From Psammoneis japonica (lineage: Eukaryota), in contig QPGO01000095.1 in the NCBI GenBank assembly GCA_008632985.1, forward strand, positions 245,681 through 309,680: 64,000 bases of DNA. Reading direction: 5' to 3'. Of this stretch, positions 1-12,343 are shown in pieces; the stretch's first letter is position 1, and every line of letters starts with the position of its first letter. Below the pieces are notes generated by a model, which worked only from the letters and a program-made list of their open reading frames with translations, was not told where the DNA came from and did no database searches. Made by a program: the position numbers and the translations under genes.

Positions 1-628
1 GGCGCGACTGCGTCAGATTACGGAACTTCTGCTCTTGGACAGAGAGACGGCACATCGGGAAAGAAGAGGCCGTCGAGAAGAAAAGAAACAAGTCATATTT
101 GTGTTGGCAAATTACTTTGTCCTATTCTTGTCACTTATTGCAATTTCCGCCGAGATCCAGGCTCGTGCTCCCAGCTGGATGGAGTACCTCGAGAATCAAA
201 TGGCGAGTGTACAGAAGTGCGCTACAGATCGAGACTCTCTCTTTGAATGTGTATCGAACGGAGACTTTTCCGGTCTTATTGCCTCTTTTGTTCTTTGGAT
301 AACGCGATCGGCAGCTACTAAACGGATCTTCTTGTTTGGTTTTGAATCGCCGAAGCGATTATGGACCGTTGTCTACGAGGCTCTCGTGACAGCGTTTTGT
401 TGGGGTACAAGCTACACGTTCATTCGCCGTGGTATGAACCCAGATACGCGAAGAAACTTTCTACAGAAATACTGGAAGGATGCAGTATACGGTAGTCTGG
501 CGGGTTTCAATGCTTCGTTCATGAAGGCGGTACTCAAGAATCTAATTCCCCAAGAAGCTTTCGAGAACGCATTGGATGACAGAGAATTGCGACTGAAGAT
601 CTTCAGTTTTCTGCCGAGCTTTCATTGA
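1..628 (+). CDS. 3' part of an uncharacterised multi-pass membrane protein (start lies upstream of the window)
   Basis: Open frame to TGA at 626-628, with hydrophobic segments (VIFVLANYFVLFLSLIAIS, GLIASFVLWI). No ATG near the window edge. Confidence 0.65.
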   Translation, partial: ARLRQITELLLLDRETAHRERRGRREEKKQVIFVLANYFVLFLSLIAISAEIQARAPSWMEYLENQMASVQKCATDRDSLFECVSNGDFSGLIASFVLWITRSAATKRIFLFGFESPKRLWTVVYEALVTAFCWGTSYTFIRRGMNPDTRRNFLQKYWKDAVYGSLAGFNASFMKAVLKNLIPQEAFENALDDRELRLKIFSFLPSFH

Positions 629-973
629 CGATGGCAAGCCAGCAAAAGGATACCTACCCACACAATAGAATATAGAAAATAAGAGGTATGAGAAGCTGAA
701 GGTATTGATCCTACAGCGTTCATTAACTGATCTTGCACTCTCTAGCTAGCTAGAGGTCAACAAAGCACCGCAGCGACGACGACTCCTCACTCCTCCACCC
801 ATCAAGCTGAGTCGAATGAGTCATCCGCAGTTGCTCAGTCGTGATTGCATGCACGTTTCAAAGTTGACACCTCCGTTATGGCATGCGGATGGAGTGGCAC
901 ATCAGAAACTGTGTGAACGAGTATTCTACCAGGTCACCCCTGAACATCGCTCTTTTGTGTTCGTAGTGCGCTT

Positions 974-2023
974 TTGTGTGGAAACGCGCTTCGCTGGGTG
1001 TTTGGCGGCGAGGATCCAATTGGATGCGTGAAGCATCCTGACGAGTATTCCACGTCACCGTTCTTTGAAGAAAAACAAGATTTGTTTTTCACGCCCTGTC
1101 ACGAAATCGAAATTCCCGTCGTCCCAAACGGATATTCCTCATATGACGCTGAATTGTGCGGGACCTTGACAAACGACGTGACTAACAAGTCGCGCGACCT
1201 TTGGTGTTATTACGATGTGGTCGAGAAGCAGTTCTGTGGTGCATTGACGGACAACAAAGACACGACAGTTCACATAGAAGAAGAGTCCTTCGATTGCTGG
1301 AATGAACTGGATCGTCCTTATACGGTTTCTGACCAAGAGAACTCGCAAGTGGTCCTTAAGGCCGGGCCATGCTCTGAAGGAAGCGTTCGCACGCCTGATA
1401 TATTTGAGGGAATGACAGACAAGGCATTGAACACTTACAATGAGCGGCTAAACAGTGCTTTTGAATGCCCTTTTCAATCTTTGGTTCCGGCGAAAGCGAA
1501 AGATAGCCGTATAACCAGGGTGGGATTCCGGTCTTGCTCGGATAATCTTTGCTTTCCGTGGTCAACATTCATGGAATTCAATTTGACTGGTGGTCGCGTC
1601 GAAAGTTCGGCTTTTCTTTCTCAGCGTAAAGGGAACCAGGTGTGCTTTTCTTATTCTGTAGATGAAATCTATGGATTCTTCAAGAAGTACAACACTACGT
1701 GTGCATCGTGCTGCGTTGACGAAGGAAAAGAAATCGAGATGTATCGAGGTAGCATGCACTTGGATGATGATACCATTGTCACGAAAATGACCTTCAAAGT
1801 TTTTGCTGAGTCATCAAATAATCGGCTGGTGGGTCGTTTTCGTCCAGTGACTCTCGAGCTTGCTTCCGAGCAACAGATCGCCGTTAACAGCAGCAAGCAA
1901 GATTCGTTTTCCTTCCGAACTTCTGCTGCGACCGCTTCTGTTGCTTTTGTGTTGCTGGTGCTGTTCCTTATGCACCGTAAAGACCAGGCTCGCCGACGGG
2001 ACTATGAGTCCATTGGCAACTAA
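974..2023 (+). CDS. Uncharacterised Cys-containing membrane-anchored protein with a C-terminal TM helix and YESI tail
   Basis: 349-aa ORF with C-terminal TM (ASVAFVLLVLFLM), basic stop-transfer residues and a YxxI-type motif. The true start is probably upstream (ATG 816) through a 1-nt indel near 965. Confidence 0.65.
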   Translation: MCGNALRWVFGGEDPIGCVKHPDEYSTSPFFEEKQDLFFTPCHEIEIPVVPNGYSSYDAELCGTLTNDVTNKSRDLWCYYDVVEKQFCGALTDNKDTTVHIEEESFDCWNELDRPYTVSDQENSQVVLKAGPCSEGSVRTPDIFEGMTDKALNTYNERLNSAFECPFQSLVPAKAKDSRITRVGFRSCSDNLCFPWSTFMEFNLTGGRVESSAFLSQRKGNQVCFSYSVDEIYGFFKKYNTTCASCCVDEGKEIEMYRGSMHLDDDTIVTKMTFKVFAESSNNRLVGRFRPVTLELASEQQIAVNSSKQDSFSFRTSAATASVAFVLLVLFLMHRKDQARRRDYESIGN

Positions 2024-2591
2024 TCAAGCGGCGAGTCCTCGTACATGTAGCAGGCCAGAGAGTCTGTGGGTTTCTGCTATTTCCACATTGAGTATCTTCA
2101 CTTATAAAGCCTAGCACAGCCTCTGCCCCAGAGTTTCTTCACACGGCAAAGAGACTGAATGAATTGCCTTATGGACCCATGCATCTTTGTAACAATTGTA
2201 ACAACGTGTACATAATCCCTGTGCTCTAGACTATGGTTTCTTCGTTATAGATATCTGCTTTCATCCTTTCTTCAACAGATTCTGTACTGCAAAAGTTGCT
2301 GCTTCTTGTCCCGTTACCGTAATAGCGCCTTCTCGGAGGAGACTTCCCATCAATTTGAAATTTCCGAGAACTAAAGATAAACTAATATGTGCAGGGCGAG
2401 TTGAGGCGCCAACGCACAGAAGTCATAGTATGGTTCTTGTTCAAGAGTTTTTTGTTCAAAGTAATTGCTATATTCTCTTGCCTGCTATCTGCGTTTTCTC
2501 TTGCTTTCAGTCAATTTTGGTGCGGTATTGTAGACACCATACTAGTACCTATGATGTGCCAACGTTATCGGCCAGCGAAAGTTACTTCTCT

Positions 2592-3716
2592 TCACCTTCT
2601 CCGACAATGGTAGCATCTGACCTTCTGGTGACGATTCTTCTGAATGACGATGATAACCTTTTTCAAGTACACCGCAAAGATCGGTGTATCAACAATTGAT
2701 TCGAGATTCACTTTGATCTCTCGTAGTTCTTCGGCTCTCTCACATGGACTACCGGCACGCATCTTTTTCACAATCTTATTCACTTCTCTCGCCTCTGTCA
2801 CAACCGAAATGACACTCAATGTACCTAGAGTGAGAGGCTTCAACCCGTTCATGGTGGCACGAGCCCAGTGCAGGGATGATCCCTTTTTCGAACCATGGTC
2901 ACTGGACTCCTTTGCGTTTCCCAAGTCCATCGCAGCGGGCACGAGTGCTATAGCGGATAAGATAGAATGCAGTGTTATGATTTTGTTGGCCATTTGATTT
3001 GGTTCACAACGGTAATTGACCGCTTCACTCCCCGCGGCAGCCGCCGTGGCACCGCTCCCAAAGAGTATCGACGCGAGCAAAAGGGGAGGCCCAACGGGCG
3101 TCCAAATGGTGGCGGCGGCCGCAACACCGACCACTCCTGCCATGACACCCGTGGCACTGCTCCCAAGGCCAATTTTGTTGTTTCGTTTTGTATTTCGCTC
3201 CAAGGCTTGAGCCACTTCGTCAATGTACTGATCGGAATACCTGAGAATCAAAAGAGCTCGATCATAAACTTCTAGTAAGTAGTTCAGAAATGTGTGGCCG
3301 TCGTCGGACACGACAGTCTTCGCAATAACGTCCGGGGCAAATAGATGGGAGCACTTGTGACAGATAGTAATGTGCTGTTTGTTAAATTCTTTGCAGGAGT
3401 GATGGTAGCACATTGGCGAGCCGCACGAAAGACAGGGAGTTCCTTTCTTCTTTCGTTTATTACTACCGCCGTCCTGACGCATTTCATGAAGACACGATAC
3501 GCAATGCTCGGTATCAACACACTCGCCGAACTCGACTTGAAGATTGAGCTTTCTCATGACTTCCAAGGATTCATACGCTACGTTGAGGTCCATTGAATAT
3601 TGTGTTCTCTTTCCGTCCGTAGCGTCTTTTTCAATCGAAGTATCGGGAGTGATGGTGACGGATCCTCCATTTTCATTGCTCTCGGCAGGAGTACTGTGAT
3701 TATCTTCCATTGACAT
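2592..3716 (-). CDS. Zn-finger (FYVE-like Cys pattern) protein with a Gly/Ala-rich hydrophobic hairpin
   Basis: CxxC...CxxCxxxxCxxHxC...CxxC cluster, followed by GLGSSATGVMAGVVGVAAAATIWTPVGPPLLLASILFG. Likely start is ATG 3716 (MSMEDNH). The extreme C-terminus may be frameshifted (alternative stop at 2582-2584). Confidence 0.7.
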   Translation of the reverse strand: MSMEDNHSTPAESNENGGSVTITPDTSIEKDATDGKRTQYSMDLNVAYESLEVMRKLNLQVEFGECVDTEHCVSCLHEMRQDGGSNKRKKKGTPCLSCGSPMCYHHSCKEFNKQHITICHKCSHLFAPDVIAKTVVSDDGHTFLNYLLEVYDRALLILRYSDQYIDEVAQALERNTKRNNKIGLGSSATGVMAGVVGVAAAATIWTPVGPPLLLASILFGSGATAAAAGSEAVNYRCEPNQMANKIITLHSILSAIALVPAAMDLGNAKESSDHGSKKGSSLHWARATMNGLKPLTLGTLSVISVVTEAREVNKIVKKMRAGSPCERAEELREIKVNLESIVDTPIFAVYLKKVIIVIQKNRHQKVRCYHCRRR

Positions 3717-3988
3717 CTGGCCACTTGGTTTACGTAAAGCTTGCTGGGATGCTTTTTGATGAGTTATGACAAACGCGATGTGGTAATGTTTGTTGAGAGA
3801 GAAATGACAACAAGAAAAATATGACTGTGATTGACGAGATTGAAAATTTAGTGTTCGGTGCGGGAGAACTCTGAAATGTTCATATATGTTCATAAATAAT
3901 CAAATGTATGAGTCGGGCACAACTTCAACATCAGAGAGCTTGAGCTCGATAAAAAGACCACACAACATCTTTTTCACTCTCTCTTCGT

Positions 3989-4086
3989 GTTTTGGAACGA
4001 GGTGGTAAATCAATTTTCGTTTAACAGACCATCAAAGCAGTCCAGAGTTTTGGAACGAGGCGGTAAATCAATTTTCGTTTTAACAG
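3989..4086. repeat. Two near-identical ~38-bp direct repeats, period 58 bp, in an intergenic region
   Basis: gttttggaacgaggYggtaaatcaattttcgttt(t)aacag at ~3989-4027 and ~4047-4086. Confidence 0.85.
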
Positions 4087-4826
4087 CCCAACAAAGTAGT
4101 GACGACGTCGTTTTGTTTTGCCTTTTCAATACCGCGACCACTGATTCGCGTTCGTGAACCAAACACGACTGCTGCTGTACAACGGCGAGAGTCGTCAATC
4201 GGGATTGGCAACTGACAGCAAGCATCATGCCCTATGCTGCGCCAATGTTCTACTGGAAGCGTTGGGGAACATTCCCGTGATGAGATCTACTGTGAGGAGT
4301 CCAGCGCTAAGTCGTCTGTGTGCTGTCTCACCGGCGCTCAGAGTGTGCGTTGTGGTGCTGTATGTAGTGGGGCCTGGAGGGCCGGCAAAAGCAGGTGGAA
4401 TCCCATGACACAGCTGAATATCGATCGGGCACATAGCATCGATTTCAACTGCCTAGAGTGTTACCTATAATCCTTTCTGATGAGTCCAACACACCCAAAG
4501 AGCATCTAACGACAGCTTGTACAGAATACCTGAAAGCGCGAATGGATGTCACAGTGTCAGTCATGCACAAAATTTCGAAATTCTCGTGAATCCACGAATC
4601 AGAAACGCGTTCTCTAATCTTGCCCGCCTTCACTTTGAAAATTTGATTCCCTCATAATCTCTTTCAAACCAAATAAATTACAGGTAAGAAGTGATATGGA
4701 TTCATCCGGACCCATTCTCTACATTTCGTATCTGTTGCTTACATCGCATTCCGTTTTCATCTCTTCCACAGAATACCAACCACAAACTCTGCACGGCAGA
4801 TCACAACCAATCACAGACCACACACT

Positions 4827-6373
4827 ATGAAAATAAAGACACTCGCGAAGTCTTCTGCCTTATTGTTGCCTCAAGCGCTTTTGATTTCGCCGTTCGTTAC
4901 GGCCAAACTTGGTAGCAGCAGCAAACAGACCCCCAAGAAAAGGGCACTAGCACATTTTCAGCCGCCCAGGCCAGGCGCATTCCTGATATCCACACCAAGG
5001 TGGCTCCAAAGGTGGTGCAAGACCCAGAAGGGGAGGACCCCACGCTAAAGATCGTGGGAGGGACTGAAGTTCCGAATCCTGATGTATATCCGTTCTTTGT
5101 GAGCTGGGGTGACTTTTGCGGCGGAAGTCTAATCCGCTCTGACATTGTGCTTACTGCTGCGCATTGCATCGAGGTATTGGGAATCACTGAAACTGTCACG
5201 GTCAATGCATTTGCTCTCGGTAGCAGCAGCACCGAGGGTGCAGAGACTCGATCGATCGCTGCCTTTTCAATTCACCCCGAGTACAGCTCCGCGACATTGT
5301 CCAATGATTTTCTTCTTCTCAAACTAAACAATGGTGTTGATACTATCGAGCCTATTGAGTTAAATGAAGATTTATCCGTCCCGGCGGTAGAGCAAGACTT
5401 GACGGCTATTGGTCTAGGCCTCCTACAAGAGGAAGGCTTCCAAGCAGACACGCTCCAGCAAGTCACGGTCAAGACTGTCTCCGACTCAGAATGCAATACC
5501 AAATACGAAGGAAACATCGATCCAGATGTAATGCTATGTGCGGGTTTTGAACTTGGAGGTAAAGATTCTTGTCAAGGAGACTCGGGTGGGCCGCTCTTTT
5601 CCATGACATCCTCTGGGAAAGTACACAAGCAGGTAGGAGTCGTTTCCTGGGGTGAAGGTTGTGCCCGACCCGGTCTCCCTGGTGTCTACGCAGAAGTAAG
5701 CTCTGCTCAAGATTGGATTCACTCCGAAATATGCAAGCTTTCGGACGACAAGCCCGACAACTGCCCCGAAAGACCACCCTCAGATGATACAGTATTGACG
5801 CTTGAAATCCTGACAGACAGCTTTCCATTCGAAATCGGGTGGCATCTTTTGGATGACACAGGGGTTGAGATAGCCGGGGTCGCTGCTGGCGATTTGACCC
5901 TCGGCTTTCAACCAGTCTCAACAACGATTACTCTTGAGAAAGGAAAAGAGTACACTTTCAACATGACCGACTCAGCTGGAGACGGGCTTTTTAGCCCAGC
6001 TTTTTATGAGGTGAAACTCGGTGATCAGACCGTCGCAAGTGGCGCACAGTTCGAGTATTCCGATCTTACAAGATTTCAAGTCCCGGGTACATCCGAGTCA
6101 ATGCCGCCTCCAACCGAGCCACCAACTCCACCACCAACTGAGCCACAAACACCAAGTCCGACAGACCCTCCTTCCACGCCACCCCCATCTCCACCTGCCG
6201 ATGGAGGACCATGCACCGACAATGACGGGACGTTCTTTGTTGATAGTCAGGCAGGCGACCAAACTTGTGAATGGCTAAAGGTGAACGAGGGTCGGTATTC
6301 GTATTTGTGCCAGTTTGTGGATGTAGCAATGGTTTGCCCCGACACTTGCAACTACTGCGAAGTTTTCGGCTAG
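4827..6373 (+). CDS. Secreted trypsin-like serine protease (S1) with C-terminal beta domain, Pro/Thr linker and Cys-rich tail; 1-nt frameshift at ~4980
   Basis: Signal peptide from ATG 4827; IVGG activation site, LTAAHC, NDFLLL, DSCQGDSGGP. The paralog at 9607 reads GCATTTCCTGAT where this copy reads GCATTCCTGAT, so one T is missing. Confidence 0.92.
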
Positions 6374-7111
6374 ACAATGTCAGACATAAACCCTTAAATG
6401 GATAGACAAACAATAGAATTCTTACATTTTCTTTTCAAAAGAATCTGAGGAGGGTTTACCACATTCTGTACTATAGAGTAGGGACCCAACATCTAGAGAG
6501 TATAATATGCTGCAGTTCGATGTACAAATTATCATATTAGCCTAGCTACGGCACTTGCCTGAGTGTCTCGCGCTTTGCATACGCTTAACAACAGTATCAT
6601 CACCGACAACTACACAGCTTCCGAAGCTACAACCTTCTGCATTTGCTCGTGTCGAGAACTGGGAGTCTATTACTGTTGTAGACGCCTGACAAAATTATGG
6701 AGCGCCGTCTCTGAGCGGCAGTGCCAGGAACACTATAAGGAACTTGAGCACAGAAATGATGAACTAGGATTATTTCACTGTAATCGAAGAAGACGAGCAA
6801 CCTGCAAAAGCGTTTGGTTTGCGTGGTCGGATTTCGAATGAGTGAGGTAGCGCTGACTAGGTCGACACGGTTGAAGTGTTTCAAGGCTATGACCGCATTT
6901 CTGGTGCTCGTCAATCGATACAGCTGCTTTCAAATCGCGGGGCTAAAATTGCTAGCACTTGTAAGAGTCTCTCAGCGATAGCTCCAATGTTCGATATTCA
7001 ATTCAATGGTTAAACGAAAATTACATACCAGGTAGGGCATATCTATCTCCAATAAAACGTCGAAGAAACAACCTTCATTGAGCATCAGATAACCCTGGCG
7101 GTGCGGCACAA

Positions 7112-8919
7112 CTAGTTGAGGACGGGGCATGTGTTCTTATCGCACATTACACCAGCTCCTTTAAAGTTGCCACCCTTGTTGACGCACTTGGACCTCTTGA
7201 ACATTTTGCATTTACGGTTTCTCCGACAGCAAGCCCCGGGCGCGTCAGGGGGGCACCGCTTACTCCTACACACGGTTCCCAGGCCCGCAAAAGTTCCACC
7301 TTTCCTACGACAGGTTCTCTTCGTCGAAACGGCACATGAGTCTTCACCCACGCAGCAGGCACCGTAGGCTGCGGGGCAGGTCTTGAAGCGGCACTTGGAG
7401 CGTGCGCCTGCAAAACTACCACCTTGCTTAGCACAAACCTTTTTTGTCAGAATTCTGCACACTCCATCATTCTCAAAGCAGCAAGCACCCGGTTTGGTTT
7501 TGACGGGAGGTCTCGTAGGGGCAGGAGTGAAGTTGGTCATGGGGCAAGTGTTCGTGGGGTTACACTCGACCCCGTGGCCAAGATATTTGCCCTTCTTCCT
7601 GCGACAATTTGCTTGCCAAAGTACCAAGCACCGCTCCTTGGCCAAACAACAAGCCCCCTTTCTTGGGCGCACCGCAGGAGTGGGAGCTAGGGTCGTTTTC
7701 TCGGTACAAATTTTGTCCCTAGTACACTTGGTACCCAAGCCCTGGAAGTCGCCATTCCTGTTCTTACATGTTCTAGGCCAAAGCAAACGGCAGTTTCCAC
7801 TTTTCAAGCAGCATGCGCCACGGCCATCAATCATCGGCGTCTTCGTAGGCGAAGGAGTAGGAGGCAGTGCGTCACAGCATTCGTCGACCCCAGAGTTTAA
7901 CATGTCTTGACAACTCAAGTTATCATTTGGATCATTTCCGGCAAACTCGAGTTCACCACAATCTGCTGGAAACCCATTATAGAGAATTGTACGATTTGGA
8001 TCCGGCACAACCGCTCCTCCCTTAACATCACAAACACGACAAGCACCTGTACTAGCAATGGGGTTTTCGCATCCGCAATAAATGCCAAACGTGCTTTGAT
8101 ACGCACGGCATTCCTCCGCATCAGAGTAGTTTCCACCAAATGCTGCTCCTGCTAGATCTAAACAAGTGAAGATAAAAAACTGTGTTTTGGCCAACGTCTC
8201 AACTTCAATCCCCGTGCCGTCCTCGCACATACCACAAAACGGTTCGTCGGTCGTACAACCGTAATGTTTGAGACCAACATAGTGGGCAGCATCACATTCA
8301 TTTCCTGACAATATCCCGCTTGCAATATCAAGTTGGAATTCTTCACAAGTAAAAGTTCCGAAAAATGGTTGATCTATTAGCGCCACGACGTCATTGAATT
8401 CAGGATCAATCAGTGTGCCGTCCCGGCAAAGGGTGGTACAAATAGCATCGGGCCTTTTCCTAGGAAGATCGCATCCACAAAGAGTGGCAATGTCTTCAAA
8501 AGCATCTCGAGTTTGTTCGCATTCAGCTGAGTCGAGAAGGCTACGTTGTCGTTCCGCTTCACTGCAGGTGTAGACTTCGTCAGGAACAAAGTTCGGAGCC
8601 TTGCCTTTGAGAACCAAATCAGGGAAGACAACTGAACTCCCCGACTCACATAGGCTGCATGACGAATCCACACTTGGGCATCCACAGTAAAATTGGTAGT
8701 CAGCGATTGAGTCACAAACGTCGCGATCGGTTTCAGCCAGCAATTACAACGCTGAACAAGTTGTAGGCTCCTGTCCTGGTCGATAAACTGGGCGATCAGG
8801 GAGAGGGAGATACCCGTTTGCGCCAGCACACATTGGGCAACGCTGTCAACTAGTAAGGCCATCACTGCAATGTTTAACAGCACCCAACGAGTGCGCAGGA
8901 GAAACGTCATCTTTCTCAT
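7112..8919 (-). CDS. Secreted Cys-rich repeat protein (N-terminal C-C...CGC modules, five C-terminal basic GACC repeats); 5' end disrupted, possibly a pseudogene
   Basis: 543-aa ORF 7112-8743. A signal-peptide-like MRKMTFLLRTRWVLLNIAVMALLV lies upstream in another frame. The first module (CPMCAGANG...TTCSAL*) has an in-frame TAA at ~8744-8746. Confidence 0.7.
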
Positions 8920-9606
8920 CTTGAGCTGTTTTCGCAATTAGTCGCGATGCTTTGCGCAGTACTAGTACACAATGATAATCAAAAATGAGGAAGTCTTTGA
9001 TCTTTGAGAAACAAAAAAAATGAAGGCTTCATTCGCTCAATTGAAAATCCAAAAAGAACCCCGCGAGTCATTTTGAAAACATTTATGGTGACGTCGATTG
9101 ACAAATTCGAGTTTTTATCGTCGTTAAGTAATTTAACTACCTCCAATTTGCAAATAACTTTCTGGTTGGTTTGCACGCAATGTGTACTAGTTATATTCAA
9201 CCTTTAAACATGAATAATGCATCTAATAAGTCATTGGCACACTCGAGATCTCTAGCGTATCCACGAATCAGAAAGATGTTGGTCTTCTCTTTGTCTTCTG
9301 CCTTGACAAGCCTTTTAGCACACTTTGAACTCTGGACTTGACACACGACCTCCTACCGTGCACTCTACTTCTCATAAAAAGAAAAAACGCTTCAAATCAG
9401 ATCCCCCCGGTAAGGAAAGATATTTGTAATGCTCCGAAGAGGTATCGGTTTGATTGGATCCGTCCTTGTATTCTGAATTCGTATTTACGAAGTAATGCTC
9501 ACATTGTCTTCCGTTTCTCGTGGATTTTCCGTGACTGCAACCAAAAACTCGCACGGCTGATAACTGCCAATCACAGACCACGTTCAATCAGCACCGAACC
9601 CACAGT

Positions 9607-11892
9607 ATGAAAATAAAGACATTCGCAACGCTTTCGGTTTCGCTGTTGCTTCATGCTCTTTTGATGTCGCCGTTGATTTCAGCTAAACTTGGGAACCACA
9701 AGCTCGCCCCTCAGAAACGGTCGTTGGCAAACTGGAAACCACCTAGGCCAGGAGCATTTCCTGATGTCAATACCAAGACGAAGAAAAATCCAAATGGACG
9801 AAATCCTTTGCTACGGATCGTGGGAGGGACGGACGTTCCTAGTCCTGATGTTTATCCGTTTTTTGTCAGCTTGGGTGACTATTGCGGTGGAAGTTTAATC
9901 CACTCTGACATTGTGCTTACTGCTGCCCATTGCATCGAGATCTTGCCAGACTTTGACACTGTCACGGTGAATGCGTTTAAGCTTGGCAATAGCAGCACAG
10001 AAGGGGCAGAGACTCGATACATCGCTGATTTTTCAATTCACCCAGGGTACAGTACAGAGACCGACTCCAATGATTTTATGCTTCTCAAACTAAACGAGAC
10101 AGTTGATACCGTCGATCCAATCAAGCTAAATGATAACGCATCCTTCCCCGTCGCAGATCAAGACTTGACTGTAATTGGTTTAGGCCTACTTATAGAGTAT
10201 GGAATCAGACCACCAGACACGCTCCAGCATGTCACCATCAAGAGTATTTCCGACACAGAATGCAGCAGCAACTATCAAGAAAAATTTGATCCCGACATAA
10301 TGCTATGTGCGGGTGTTGAAGGAGGAGGCAAAGATGCTTGTCATGGAGATTCAGGAGGCCCATTGTTTGCTTTGACATCCTCTGGGAAAGTTGACAAGCA
10401 AGTTGGAGTCGTTTCCTGGGGTGAAGGTTGTGCCCAACCCGGTCTCCCTGGTGTCTACGCAGAAGTAAGCTCTGCGCATGATTGGATTCTCGCCGAGATT
10501 TGCGAGCTTTCTGACGATAAGCCCGACAACTGCCCGGAAACACCACCACCAGATGATTCAGTATTTACGCTTGAAATTCTCACAGACTTTTATCCGTATG
10601 AAACCGGGTGGCATCTTTTGGATGACGCAGGGGCTGAGGTAGCCGGGGTCGATGCAGGCGAGTTGACCCTCGCCTACCAACCATTCGTCACAACGATTGT
10701 CCTCGAGAAAGGAGAGAAAGGAAAGGAGTATACTTTCAACATCACTGATTCATCTGGGGACGGTATGTTCTTCCCAGCTTATTATGAGGTAAAACTGGGG
10801 GATCAGATAGTCGCAAGTGGCGGACACTTCGAGTATTTCGAAGCTACAAAATTTGAAGTTCCCGGCACATCTGAGTGTGGGATAACAGTAAGTTTGACCT
10901 AACTATTTTTATTCCCGTCTGCACCAAAGATAACATGCAGCCTTTGGTGTTTCTGGTTTCGCAAAGGTGAACATTGATTGCACAAGCGCCAAAGACAAGT
11001 CGGTTCGGTGTGATGATATTCCGAAGCCTCAGGAAGTGTGTTCGGACGGGGAGTCCTTTACTTCACTTGTGTTCGTGTACAAACCACGAAACTGCGACCA
11101 AAGCGTAAATGCGCAGGGAAGTGACTTCTATTGCGAGGATACGCCTTGTCCTCCCCTCAACAGCAGAGTGAAACTTCGTTGCGCGTCTAGCAACGGTATG
11201 ACGGAGTACTTTGACGAGATAGTGAGGCCGGGTGACGTTGTTACCATTTCTCCACCACCAGGCGGTGTCGTGTACGACAGCCTCAACTGCACTGTTTCCG
11301 ACATGAATCGTAAACCCTTTCAAAAGGTAATGATGGAAGCATCTGGAGATTCCCCCCTACATCTTAACAACATTTTCGGTAGCTTGGTCTCAAGGCATGC
11401 AAAGATCAAAGCTCTGATAATAACTGTCTTGTTGATACAGAGTACGACATCACCATAACAAACCTTGGCCTTTCAGACGTAAACATCACACAGGTGCACC
11501 AAACGGTAAACGGGAGGAACCCAGAAGACATTGCGGATCATGTCCCTGATAGGGAGCTTGCCTCAACCGAGAGCACCGAATTCAGTACCCGTGACACACT
11601 TGACGTTTGTGTCGATACGCCGTACAAGACCGAGGTGGTTATCCAAGCTCTTTCTGTTCCTGAAGACGATGCTTGTACTGGGAGAGGCCAGATCGTTTTA
11701 CGCCCATCTAAACCAGGAGATCGAGTTTCGTGCACCGATAATGAAGGCACATTCTTTGTTGATAGTAGGGCAGGTAATCAAACATGCGAGTGGTTAAAGG
11801 TGAACGAGCGGCGCTATTCATACTTGTGTCAGTTTGTTGACGTCGCCATAGTTTGCCCCGACACGTGCAACTACTGCGAAGTTTTCGGTTAG
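9607..11892 (+). CDS. Secreted trypsin-like serine protease, paralog of 4827-6373, with an extra inserted domain; intron 10888-10966 and a 1-nt frameshift at ~11388
   Basis: IVGG, LTAAHC, DACHGDSGGP. A GTAAGT...AAG phase-0 intron joins ECGIT|VNIDC. Same CTDNEGTFFVDS...CPDTCNYCEVFG tail as the first copy. Confidence 0.9.
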
Positions 11893-11984
11893 ATGCTGCA
11901 GACAAAAAATAGATATCCTGAAAAGAGGACTTCTGGCTTTTTCTTGATGAATCTGAGGATGGGTTCACCGTGGTTTGCAAACTA

Positions 11985-12250
11985 TCTCTCTCTCTTAGAC
12001 GCAGCTGCTAAAACTCTACCAGGTAGCTATTTAGAGCTCTATTCTACTGCTGCTGCTACTAGCTAGCTAGTAGCTGCTCGACTCCACTCCACTCCCTCTA
12101 GAGAGTAGCTACTCTCTACTAGCTAGCGACTGCTCTAGCTCTAATCTCTCTAGAATAGAGAGCTACTATGTAGTAGAGAGTAGACTATTCTAGAGAGTAC
12201 TACTCTAGCTACCGTACAGTAGAGAGTAGAGAAGAGAGTAGTGCTACTGC
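11985..12250. repeat. Low-complexity CTA/TAG/AGAG-rich tract with perfect 20-bp palindromes
   Basis: gctactagctagctagtagc (12055-12074) and tagagagtagctactctcta (12099-12118) are each self-complementary. Confidence 0.8.
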
Positions 12251-12343
12251 AGCAGAAAAGAACAACAATCTCTGCGCTCATAACCCAGACAGTACCAAAA
12301 CCGCACGTTTTCAGTTTTTCGGTTTTTTTTTCAAAAACGATTG

